From contig CAWHTE010000003.1 of NCBI GenBank assembly GCA_963832165.1, positions 96,001 to 160,000 on the forward strand: DNA of 64,000 nucleotides. The letters are read 5' to 3'. The DNA is from an uncultured delta proteobacterium (GTDB lineage: Bacteria > Myxococcota_A > UBA9160 > SMWR01). The notes below the pieces were generated by a model that did not search any database, had not been told where the DNA came from, and saw nothing but the letters and a program-made list of their open reading frames with translations. Made by a program: the position numbers and the translations under genes. Shown here piece after piece: positions 1-8,989 of this stretch; position 1 is the stretch's first letter; each line of letters starts with the position of its first letter.

Positions 1-328
1 TGTCCCCGTAGTAGACGGTCTGCAGGGCGGGCGGCTCGCCCGATACGAGATAGACGATGCCGCGTTGCTGATTCTCAGATTCGGCTACCTCGAAGAAGAT
101 CGCGGGAAACTTCGTTTGATCGACCTCGTCGTCGACGATGCCATCGCCGCGGAGCTCGACGAGCTCATCCCGCGTCATGCCGAGTTGCAATCCGCGGACC
201 GCTGGGATCATGAAATCCGCCGAGATCGAGCCTCCAGACAGGAGTCGACAGCTCACGAGATACACCAGCAGGCATCCGCCGATCGCAGCGGCACGGACGA
301 GCGCGAATCGATCCGGAGATTTCCTCAA
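1..328 (-). CDS. Hypothetical exported protein, partial (runs off window start)
   Basis: Not in the ORF track. Manual translation from TTG at 328, which overlaps the RAYT stop (TTGA): MRKSPDRFALVRAAAIGGCLLVYLVSC...GLQLGMTRDELVELRG...QTVYYGD. Hydrophobic N-terminus, open to the window edge. Confidence 0.55.
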   Translation of the reverse strand, partial: MRKSPDRFALVRAAAIGGCLLVYLVSCRLLSGGSISADFMIPAVRGLQLGMTRDELVELRGDGIVDDEVDQTKFPAIFFEVAESENQQRGIVYLVSGEPPALQTVYYGD

Positions 329-1032
329 GCGGATCTCCGCGCGAACACGGGACCGCCCGGTATCTCGTCCGGACCGAGGAGTCCGCATCGCCTCCAGCCC
401 GCTGACAGCAGCCAGGTTCGTGGCGGTGAGACGGCCCGTCCGTTGGTCGACACCAACGTGGACGCGAAACTCCGAGACCACCCATCGAACCAGCGACCGG
501 AAGACGCCGGATCGATTCGGACCGACCGTGGGAGCGCACGACCAGACTTGGCGGCGTGTCGGCGCGCGTTGAGCAGCACGTACGACAGTGCATTCCGCAC
601 CTCGCGCGGCGTGCGCAGTGCGCGCACGTGATAGCGATCCGCGAGCACGGCGCCCGAGCGGCGGAACACCCGGTTGACGGCTCTCGCGAGCCGCGCGCCG
701 AGCGATTTCATCCCTCGCCCGAGTGCGCTCCGGTCTTCGGCCTCGACGATCAGATGCGCGTGATCTGCCTGGATCGAATAGTGAACGAGGCGGAAGTCTC
801 CGCGATCGCAGCACCCGGCGAAGCTCTGCTCGAGCTCGTGCACGAGGCGCGCACTGCGCAGTGAAGGCACTCCGGAGCGAACCTTTAGAGTCACGTGGCA
901 GGGGAAGCGCTCCGCAACGCCTTCGCGCGGGCGGTGCCGGATGCGCGGTTTCGGTCCGGGCCGACGTCCGCCTCTGTGCTTGCGCCCGGTCCAGCGTCGA
1001 TCGAGCTCCAGCTGTGCGATTCTATGTCCCAT
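325..1032 (-). mobile_element. Y1 HUH transposase-like protein (REP-associated tyrosine transposase/IS200-like)
   Basis: HVTL motif, HUH motif (DHAHLIVE), RYH, and catalytic Tyr in YVLLN; 235 aa. No tnpB and no obvious IS ends. Confidence 0.85.
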
Positions 1033-1040
1033 AAATGTGT

Positions 1041-1069
1041 ATGTTAGGGCGATGTTCTGGATTTGTCAA
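1041..1069 (-). promoter_or_regulatory. sigma70-type promoter of the RAYT gene (probably leaderless transcript)
   Basis: Minus strand TTGACA(1069-1064)-N17-TAACAT(1046-1041), 8 nt before the ATG at 1032, in an AT-rich patch. Confidence 0.7.
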
Positions 1070-1183
1070 GAGTGCGTGCGTTCCGAAGTCGGATTCCGAC
1101 GCCCGACCACTCCTCGAAGCGGCTTTCCCGGCGCTGCCGCGGACTCGCAGGTCCCTCATCGGCACCTCTACTAGCGGTCGGGC

Positions 1184-2696
1184 GTGAGTGCGGCGAGAAT
1201 CCGCGCCGTGAAAGTGCCCCGCGTGAAGCCGGTGCCGCTCTTTGTCGGCCTCGTTCTGTTCGCGCTTCCGCTCGTGCTTCGACACCGAGCTGTCGAACTG
1301 GGGCGAGCACGGGGCGCAGCCCGCACTCGCTGCGGGGCTGACGCTGCTCATGGCGACGTGGTGGATCACCGAGGCGCTTCCGATCGCGTGGACCGCGTGC
1401 GTGCCGCTGCTCGTGCTGCCGTTCGCCTCGGTATACGGCGCGAACTTCGCCGAGAATCTCTGGGGCGCGTTCGCGCCCTACGTCGATCCCTACATCTTCC
1501 TGTTCCTGGGCGGCATGGGCATCGCGGCCGCGATGCAGCAGTGGGGCCTGCACCGCCGCATCGCGCTCCAGGTGATGCGCGTCGTCGGCACCGATGCGCG
1601 GCGTCTCTTGTTCGGCCTGCTGCTCGCGACGGCCACCGTGTCGCTGTGGATCTCGAACACCGCGACCGCGGCGATGATGTTCCCGATCGGCCTCGCGCTG
1701 ATCGCCGAGTTCGAGCGCGAGAGCGGTAGACGACTCGCGCGCTATGGCGCCGCGCTGATGCTCGCGGTCGCCTACGGCGCGAACGTGGGCGGGATCGGCA
1801 CGAAGATCGGCACGGTGCCGAGCGCGCAGCTCTCGGGCTTTCTCGCGCAGCGCGGCGTCGAGGTCTCGTTCCTCGAGTTCGCGTCGATCGGCATTCCGTT
1901 CGTGCTGCTCTTCCTGCCGATCGTGTGGCTCGCGCTGTGGCGGATCGGGCGCGTCGACGCACCCGCCGAAGAGGACGGCCAGCGCGCGCTCGCAGGCGAG
2001 GGCGCACGGCTCGGCGCGATGCAGCGCGCCGAGCGGATCGTGCTGGGCGTCTTCCTCGTCACCGCGGCGGTGTGGGTGATGGGCAAGCCGATCACGGATG
2101 CGCTGCGCGCGCGCGGGCTGCCCGACCTCGCCACCGCGCACGTCGAGGCGGCCATCGCGATGCTCGCGAGCCTCGTGCTGTTCACGTGGCGCTCCGATCG
2201 CCGGCGCGTGCTCGAGCCCGCGTCGCTGCGCTTCGTGCAATGGGAGACGCTCGTGCTGCTGGGCGGGGGCTTCTCGCTCGCAGCGTGCATCCAGGCGAGC
2301 GGGCTCTCGCACTGGCTCGGCGCGCAGCTCGAGGCGCTGCGCGCGGCGCCGCCGTTCGCGCAGGCGGTAGCCGCGAGCGTCGTGACCGTGACGCTCTCGG
2401 CGTTCGCCTCGAACGCGGCGACCATAGCCGTGATGCTGCCCGTGCTCGGGGTCAGCGTCGCGCCCGAGCACGCGACGGCGATCCTGTTCGCGGCCACGTT
2501 CTCGGCCTCGTGCGACTTCGCGCTGCCGGCCGGCACGCCGCCCAACGCGATCGTGTTCGGATCGGGCTACCTCACGATCCCGCTGATGGCGCGCACGGGG
2601 GTGCTGCTCGACCTCGCGGCCGCGCTGTGCGCGGCGACGTGGTGCTGGTTTGCCGTGCCACTCCTTCTATCTTCCGCGGCCGGAGGGGGACCCTGA
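1184..2696 (+). CDS. SLC13/DASS family di/tricarboxylate or sulfate:sodium symporter (frameshift ~1280)
   Basis: WWITEALP, SLWISNTAT, ANVGGIGTKIGT, SNAAT and LPAGTPPNAIVF motifs. The N-terminal helix lies in the 1184 frame. Confidence 0.88.
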
Positions 2697-4883
2697 TGCG
2701 CGGACTCCGCATGGTCGGCTGGGCGGCCGCGGCGCTCGCGGGCGCGGGCGCGCTCGCGGTGATCGCCACCGCGCGCGGCGAGGCGATCTCGAGCGCGTGG
2801 TTCCTGATCGCGGCGATATGCCTCTACGCGCTCGGCTACCGCTTCTATTCGGGCTTCCTCGCGCGGCGCGTGTTCGCGCTCGACGCGGGGCGCGCGACGC
2901 CCGCGCACCGGCTGCGCGACGACAAGGACTACGTGCCGACGAACCGCTGGGTGGTGTTCGGCCACCACTTCGCGGCGATCGCGGGGCCGGGCCCGCTCGT
3001 GGGGCCGATCCTCGCCGCGCAGTTCGGCTACCTGCCCGGCACGCTCTACATCCTGATCGGCGTCCTGATCGGCGGCGCGGTGCAGGACTTCACGATCCTG
3101 GTCGGATCCATGCGCCGCAACGGCAAGTCGCTGGGCCAGATGGTGCGCGAGGAGATCGGCCCGCTCGGCGGCGCAGCCGCGCTCGTGGGCGTGCTCGCGA
3201 TCATGATCATCCTGATCGGCGTGCTCGGGCTCGTCGTGGTGAACGCGATGTTCGGCAGCCCGTGGGCGACTTCGACCGTGGCCGCGACGATCCCGATCGC
3301 GATCGCGATGGGCCTGTACATGACGCACTTGCGGCCCGGCCGCGTGCTCGAGGCGACCGTCTTCGGCGTCGCGCTCGTGGTGTTCGCGGTCTTCGCGGGC
3401 CGCTGGGTCGACGAGAGCGCGGCGCTGCGCGTGTTCTTCGACCTCGACAAGAAGACGCTCGCGCTGTCGATCATCGCGTACGGCTTCACCGCGAGCGTGC
3501 TGCCGGTGTGGCTGCTGCTCGCGCCGCGCGACTATCTGTCCGCGTTCATCAAGATCGGCACGGTCGCGATGCTCGCGATCGGCCTGCTCGTGGTACACCC
3601 GCCCGTGCAGCTGCCCGCGCTCACGCAGTTCATCGACGGCAGCGGCCCCGTGTTCTCGGGGAAGCTCTTCCCGTTCTGCTTCATCACGATCGCGTGCGGC
3701 GCGATCTCGGGCTTCCACGCGCTGATCTCCTCCGGCACCACGCCCAAATTGCTCGACCGCGAGACCGACGCGCGCATGATCGGCTACGGCGCGATGCTCA
3801 TGGAGAGCTTCGTGGCGATCATGGCGCTGCTCTCCGCGGCCGTGATGGATCCGGGCGTCTACTTCGCGATCAACTCGCCCGCGGCGCTGATCGGCACCAC
3901 GGTCGAGAGTGCCGCGAGCACGATCACGAGCTGGGGCTTTGCGCTCGCACCCGAGACGCTCGACACGCTCACGCGGCAGATCGGCGAGCACACGCTGCTC
4001 TCGCGCACGGGCGGCGCGCCGAGCCTCGCCGTGGGCATGGCCGAGATCTTCTCGCAGGCGCTCGGCGGCGATGCCGTGAAGGCGGTCTGGTACCACTTCG
4101 CGATCATGTTCGAGGCGCTGTTCATCCTGACCACGCTCGATGCGGGCACGCGCGTCGGGCGCTTCATGGTGCAGGACCTGCTCGGCAACGCGTGGGCGCC
4201 GCTCGGGCGCACCTCGTCGCTGTCCGCGAACGTGCTCGCGTCGGGGCTGATCGTCGCGGGCTGGGGCTATTTCCTGTACCAGGGCGTGGTCGATCCGCTC
4301 GGTGGGATCAACACGCTGTGGCCGCTGTTCGGGATCGCGAATCAGCTGCTCGCGGCGACCGCACTCACGCTCGCCACGACGATCCTGATCAAGTCCGCGC
4401 GTCCGGTCTACGCGTTCACCACGCTCGCTCCGCTCGCGTGGCTGCTCTCGGTCACGATGACGGCCGGGCAGTCAGAAGATCTGGGACCCCGATCGGCGGA
4501 TCGGCTTCCTCGCGCAGGCCGATCATCTCGCGGGCCAGATCGCCCAGGGGCTCGTGGCGCCCGAGAAGCTTGCCGAGACGAAGGTGCTGATCTTCAACAA
4601 CCGGCTCGACGCCGCGATCACGGGCGTGTTCATGGTGCTCGTCGCGATCGTCGTGCTCGACGCCGCGCGCGTGTGGTGGCGCACGCTGCGGCCGGGCGGC
4701 GGCATGGCGCCCGATGCGATTCCGATCCCGGTCGTCGAGGGACCCACGCCCGCGCCCAGCGGCGCGACGCTGTCGCGCGCACTGCGCGGATTCGCGCGCG
4801 GGTTCACGGGGCTCGTCCCTTTGCGCGGTGACATCCGGCGAGCGCTCGAGCAACGGTCGGCCCAGCGCAAGAGTTGCTGCTGA
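2696..4883 (+). CDS. cstA: Carbon starvation protein A (CstA/YjiY peptide/pyruvate transporter) with C-terminal ...KSCC tail (frameshift ~4470)
   Basis: TPAHRLRDDKDYVPT, FGHHFAAIAGPGPLVGP, ACGAISGFHAL and WPLFGIANQLLA. ATG overlaps the DASS stop (TGATG). The C-terminus continues in the 4554..4883 frame. Confidence 0.92.
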
Positions 4884-5060
4884 CACTCAGTCAGGCCGCC
4901 GGTATCCCGAGCCGCGGCTGGCGGTTAGTCGAGGTTTTGCACAACGGAATCGGCCGGCGGATTAATTTGGCGACTCGAAGTTTCGATTCGAGTTGAAATT
5001 GCCTAGCAGAACCGCGTAGGTTAATGCGCCTGCAACACCTTGTTGGGAAGGGGTTTGTCG

Positions 5061-5714
5061 ATGCGGAAGCAGTCGCTGTCTATTTCGGGGAAGAGGTTGT
5101 GGCTCGTCGGCGCGTCGATCGCGCTATTCGCGCAACAGGCCGCCGCGCTGTCGCTGGACGTGGACGGGCGGACGGTGCAGGTCACGAACTGCTTCGACGA
5201 AGTTTGCGGGGGCGATAGCGCCTTCCCGGGAGCCGCGTTCGCTGCGTTCAACGACTCGGCGACCGTTGGGAGCCTCGTCGCGAATCAGAACACGACGGTG
5301 AGCACGAGCGCGATGAGCGGCACCGTCGATGTAGTGCTCGACACGCCGCAGCCGGACTCGAACTTCGCGAGCTCGCTGTTCGACGTCGCGTTCACGGCCG
5401 GCGCTGCGGAGCTGTACTCGTTCACGGGTACCGCAGCCGCGAGCGGCCCCACGGACATCCTCGCGGGTCTGTTCGACATCACCACGAACACCCTGATCTT
5501 CTCGTTCACCACGGCGGGACCCCACAACTCCGCGGGTGCGTTGACGTCGGGCGACCAGTACCTGCTGCGCGTCTACTCGAACCTGTTCGGCGAGGGATCC
5601 GCGGGCTGGGATTTCGAATTCACGGTCGGCAGCAACGTGCCCGAGCCCTCGACCGCCACGCTGCTGGGGCTCGGGCTGCTCGGGCTGGCGATCCGGCGCG
5701 GACGCCGCGCGTAG
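5061..5714 (+). CDS. PEP-CTERM sorting domain surface protein
   Basis: Signal peptide, Ser/Thr/Ala/Gly-rich body, C-terminal VPEPSTATLLGLGLLGLAIRRGRRA. Confidence 0.9.
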   Translation: MRKQSLSISGKRLWLVGASIALFAQQAAALSLDVDGRTVQVTNCFDEVCGGDSAFPGAAFAAFNDSATVGSLVANQNTTVSTSAMSGTVDVVLDTPQPDSNFASSLFDVAFTAGAAELYSFTGTAAASGPTDILAGLFDITTNTLIFSFTTAGPHNSAGALTSGDQYLLRVYSNLFGEGSAGWDFEFTVGSNVPEPSTATLLGLGLLGLAIRRGRRA

Positions 5715-5750
5715 TCGTTTCGTTCCCGCGCTGACGCAGAGAGAGGCGCA

Positions 5751-5771
5751 GCTGCTCGGATTCTGAGCAGC
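5751..5771. promoter_or_regulatory. Inverted repeat: possible enhancer site for the sigma54 promoter, or a terminator-like hairpin
   Basis: GCTGCTCGG-ATT-CTGAGCAGC, about 60 bp upstream of the -24/-12 element. No U-tract follows. Confidence 0.35.
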
Positions 5772-5827
5772 CGCCCCGACTTCCTTGGGCAGTCCCAGGA
5801 TGCCCGCGCGCTTCACGCGCCGGTAGT

Positions 5828-5843
5828 TGGCACCGCATTTGCT
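5828..5843 (+). promoter_or_regulatory. sigma54 (-24/-12) promoter of the WS/DGAT gene
   Basis: TGGCAC-CGCAT-TTGCT matches the TGGCAC-N5-TTGC consensus exactly. Followed by a GGAGGA RBS and GTG at 5871. Confidence 0.8.
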
Positions 5844-5870
5844 CCTTGCCTCGCGCGGGGAGGACCGCGC

Positions 5871-7446
5871 GTGGCTCGTTATGCCTACGAACGACTGTCC
5901 GCACAGGACGCCACGTTCCTGTGGGCCGAGCGCGAGAACGCGCCGATGCACGTGGGTGCGGTCGCGATCTTCGAGACCGGACCGCTGCGCAACGCGGACG
6001 GCGGCGTCGATTTCGCGCGCTACCGCGGGCGCGATCGAGTCGGTGCTGCACTGGATCCCGCGCTACCGCCAGAAGCTCGCGTGGACGCCGCTCGAGGGCT
6101 GGCCGGTGTGGGTCGACGACCGCCACTTCGACATCGGCTACCACCTGCGCCACCTCTCGCTCGCGCGCCCGGGCACGCTCGCGCAGCTGCGCGAGCTCGC
6201 GAGCCGGATCCTCGCGCGCCCGCTCGACCGCTCGCGCCCGCTCTGGGAGATCTGGGTGATCGAAGGGCTCGAGGGCGGCGACCAGTTCGCGCTGCTCAAC
6301 AAGGTCCACCACTGCATGATCGACGGCGCCGCGGGCGCGAACATCTCGCAGATCCTGATGTCGCCGTCGCCGAACGCCGCGATCGATCCGCCGATGGCGT
6401 ACATGCCGCGCCCCGAGCCGACCGGCACCGACCTCCTGCTCGATGCGCTGCGCGACCGCGTGCGCCGCCCGGTCGCGGCGCTCCAGGCGCTCTCGGAGAT
6501 CGTCTCGACGCCCGAACGCGTGAGCGGTGCGCTCGGCGAGGCGCTGCGCCGCGCGCGCTCGCTCGGCGATCTGCTCGGCTACATCGCGCCCGCGTCCGCG
6601 ACGCCGATCAACGGCGAGCTGAGTCCGCACCGGCGGCTCGACTGGCTCACGATGCCGCTCGCCGACCTGCTCGAGCTGCGCGCCGTGCTCGAGTGCACGG
6701 TGAACGACCTCGCGCTCGCGGTCGTGGCGGGCGCGCTGCGCCGCTATCTGTTCCGCCGCCGCGTCGACGTCGCCTCGCTCGAGTTCCGCGTGGCCACGCC
6801 GGTGTCGACGCGCACCCAGGCGGACGAGCAGCGCCACGGCAACCACGTGTCGACCTGGATCCTCTCCCTGCCGCTCGCCGAGCCCGATCCGCTCGCGCAG
6901 CTCGCGCTCGTGTGCGAGCGCACCGCGGAGCTCAAACGCACCAACGCGGCGCTCGGCGCGGACACGGTGATGAAGCTCGCCGAGTGGCTGCCGACGCCGC
7001 TCGTCGAGCGCGGCACAGCGCTCGCCAACGGTCCGATCAACTCGGTCGTCACGAACATTCCTGGGCCGCAGTTCCCGCTCTACGTCGTGGGCTCGCGGCT
7101 GCTCGGGATGTACCCGGTCGTGCCGCTCCTGCCCGGCGTCGGGCTCGGAATCGCGCTCTTCTCCTACGACGGGAAGCTGTGCTGGGGGTTCAACGCCGAC
7201 TACGAGCTCGTACCGGACCTGCACGCGTTCCACGACGACGTGTGCGCGGCGTTCGAGCAGCTCCGCGCCGCCGCGGTCGCGCGCTACATGCAGAAGCGCA
7301 CGGCGAAGGCGGAGGTCGAGATCGAGGTCGAGGTTGCCGGAGCGAGAAGCCGAAGCCGCGCCGCGCGCCGCGGTGCCGGAACTCGAGCGAAGGGGAGCGC
7401 TCGCGGCCGCCGGAGACTCTGCGGCCTGATCACTCCGACTCGATGA
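5871..7446 (+). CDS. Wax ester synthase/diacylglycerol acyltransferase (WS/DGAT) (frameshift ~6025; C-terminal end uncertain)
   Basis: ERLSAQDATFL..E...PMHVG N-terminus, LDRSRPLWE, catalytic HHCMIDG, TVNDL and TNIPGP. Confidence 0.92.
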
Positions 7447-8197
7447 AGCGGTAGCCGACGCCCTGCTCGTTGGCGATGAAGCGCGGATGACTCGGGTCGT
7501 CCCCGAGCTTCTCGCGCAGCTGCGCGACGTACACGCGCAGGTACTGCACGTCGTTCTCGTGTCCGCGCCCCCAGATTTCGCTCAGCAGCTGCTTGTGGGT
7601 CACCACGCGCCCCACGTGCATCACGAGCACGCGCAGCAGCTCGAACTCCTTGCGCGAGAGCTTGATCGGTGAGCCCGCGAGCGCGGCGCGGCGCCGCGCG
7701 ACGTCGAGCTCGAGCGGGCCGACCCGGTGCACCGACGCGTCCTCTCGCGCGCGCGGCCGGTCGCGCAGCAGCGCGCGCACGCGCGCGAGCAGCTCGGGCA
7801 TGCTGAACGGCTTCACGACGTAGTCGCTGCCGCCGAGGTCGAGCGCGCGGACCTTCTCGGCGGCCGAGCTGCGGCCGGAGACGACGAGGATCGGGACGCG
7901 GCTCCAGAGGCGGACCTCGGCGATCAGCTCGCGACCGTCGCGATCGGGCAGGCCGAGGTCGAGGATCACGAGATCGGGATCGGCCTCGGCGCACTGCGCG
8001 ATGCCCGACGCCGCATCGAGGGCCTCGAGCACCTGGTATCCGTGCGACTCGAGCCCGCGGCGCAGCAGCTGCCGGATCGGCGCCTCGTCGTCGACGACGA
8101 GCACCCTCGGTCCCAGGGCACTTTGCACCCGTCGGCGGCGTCGTATCGTCGCAACCGCGCGGTGAGACTGACCCGGAACGGCGGTCGGTGCAGTCAT
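7430..8197 (-). CDS. KdpE-like OmpR-family response regulator (true start may be GTG 8128)
   Basis: VLVVDDE, DLVILDLGLPDRDG, DYVVKPF, VVTHKQLL.EIWG and YLRVYVAQLREKLGDDP...GVGYRF. Confidence 0.88.
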   Translation of the reverse strand: MTAPTAVPGQSHRAVATIRRRRRVQSALGPRVLVVDDEAPIRQLLRRGLESHGYQVLEALDAASGIAQCAEADPDLVILDLGLPDRDGRELIAEVRLWSRVPILVVSGRSSAAEKVRALDLGGSDYVVKPFSMPELLARVRALLRDRPRAREDASVHRVGPLELDVARRRAALAGSPIKLSRKEFELLRVLVMHVGRVVTHKQLLSEIWGRGHENDVQYLRVYVAQLREKLGDDPSHPRFIANEQGVGYRFIESE

Positions 8198-8285
8198 CTC
8201 GCGCGCCAGCCTAACTTTATGTGTTCTTTACGGCAAGTGGCGTTTAACAGGGATAAATCCGAATAGAACCTTTATGCCCGCGGGT

Positions 8286-8316
8286 CATAGGGTTTTCCGA
8301 CTCGGAGAGCCCTGTG
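8286..8316 (+). promoter_or_regulatory. Putative 5'-UTR stem-loop of the tonB operon
   Basis: CATAGGGTTTTCCG-ACT-CGGAGAGCCCTGTG forms a 14-bp stem with three G-U pairs that work only on the + strand. Confidence 0.4.
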
Positions 8317-8347
8317 TCTCCGGGAAAAAGAGCGTGGGCACAACACT

Positions 8348-8989
8348 TTGTCGGGTCTTCGACTACCGATCTCGTTCGTCCTGGCCCTGGCCTTCACAGT
8401 TTCCATGTTCTGGGTCCTGGGGCTCATGATTTCCCAGCGCGAGGTACCGGATACGGTGCTGGCGATCCCGCGGATCGACTTCTCGCGCCTGGTCCGGGAC
8501 TCGGACACCCAGGAGATCGCCCGGGTAAAGCCCGAGATCAAGAAGATCGAGCCGCCGCCGAGCCCCCAGAACGTCTCGACCAATACCAAGGCGAGCGTCG
8601 CCGCGGGCCTGGATCAGAGCAATCTCGCGCCGGCCGGCGTCGACTTCGGCGGATCGGGCGAGGGCGGCCTGCGCCAGGGCGGCGCTCCCGCCGTGGCCAT
8701 GTCGGGCGGCTCCGACCGCGGTCCGGTGCCTCAAGTCCGGATCGAGCCCGATTACCCGCCGCAGGCGAAGGACCGCAGCATCGAGGGTTGGGTGCTGTTC
8801 CGGTACACGGTCACGAAGGAAGGCCGGGTCAAGGACGTCGTGATCGTCGACGCCCAGCCCAAGGGGATCTGGGATCGCAACACGATCCGCGCGGTCCAGA
8901 ACTGGCGCTTCCAGCCCGCGCTCAAAGACGGCAAGCCGATCGAGACGGTGGGCATGCAGACCAAGTACGTCTTCGAAATGGAGCGCTGA
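8348..8989 (+). CDS. tonB: Energy transducer TonB
   Basis: N-terminal TM, Pro-rich linker, TonB_C domain (PDYPPQA...IEGWV...G.V....V...WRFQP). Confidence 0.9.
   Translation: MSGLRLPISFVLALAFTVSMFWVLGLMISQREVPDTVLAIPRIDFSRLVRDSDTQEIARVKPEIKKIEPPPSPQNVSTNTKASVAAGLDQSNLAPAGVDFGGSGEGGLRQGGAPAVAMSGGSDRGPVPQVRIEPDYPPQAKDRSIEGWVLFRYTVTKEGRVKDVVIVDAQPKGIWDRNTIRAVQNWRFQPALKDGKPIETVGMQTKYVFEMER

Noticed and set aside
1925..2695. N-terminal extension of CstA in the ORF track (also the CocE, TPR, thiS and GT8 extensions)
   Set aside because: Open off-frames overlapping the upstream genes; the real starts are downstream at overlapping stop/start junctions or RBS sites.
4930..5060. c-di-GMP riboswitch upstream of the PEP-CTERM gene
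   Set aside because: A hairpin is present, but the GEMM GCAAA/GAAA-tetraloop/receptor pattern is not.
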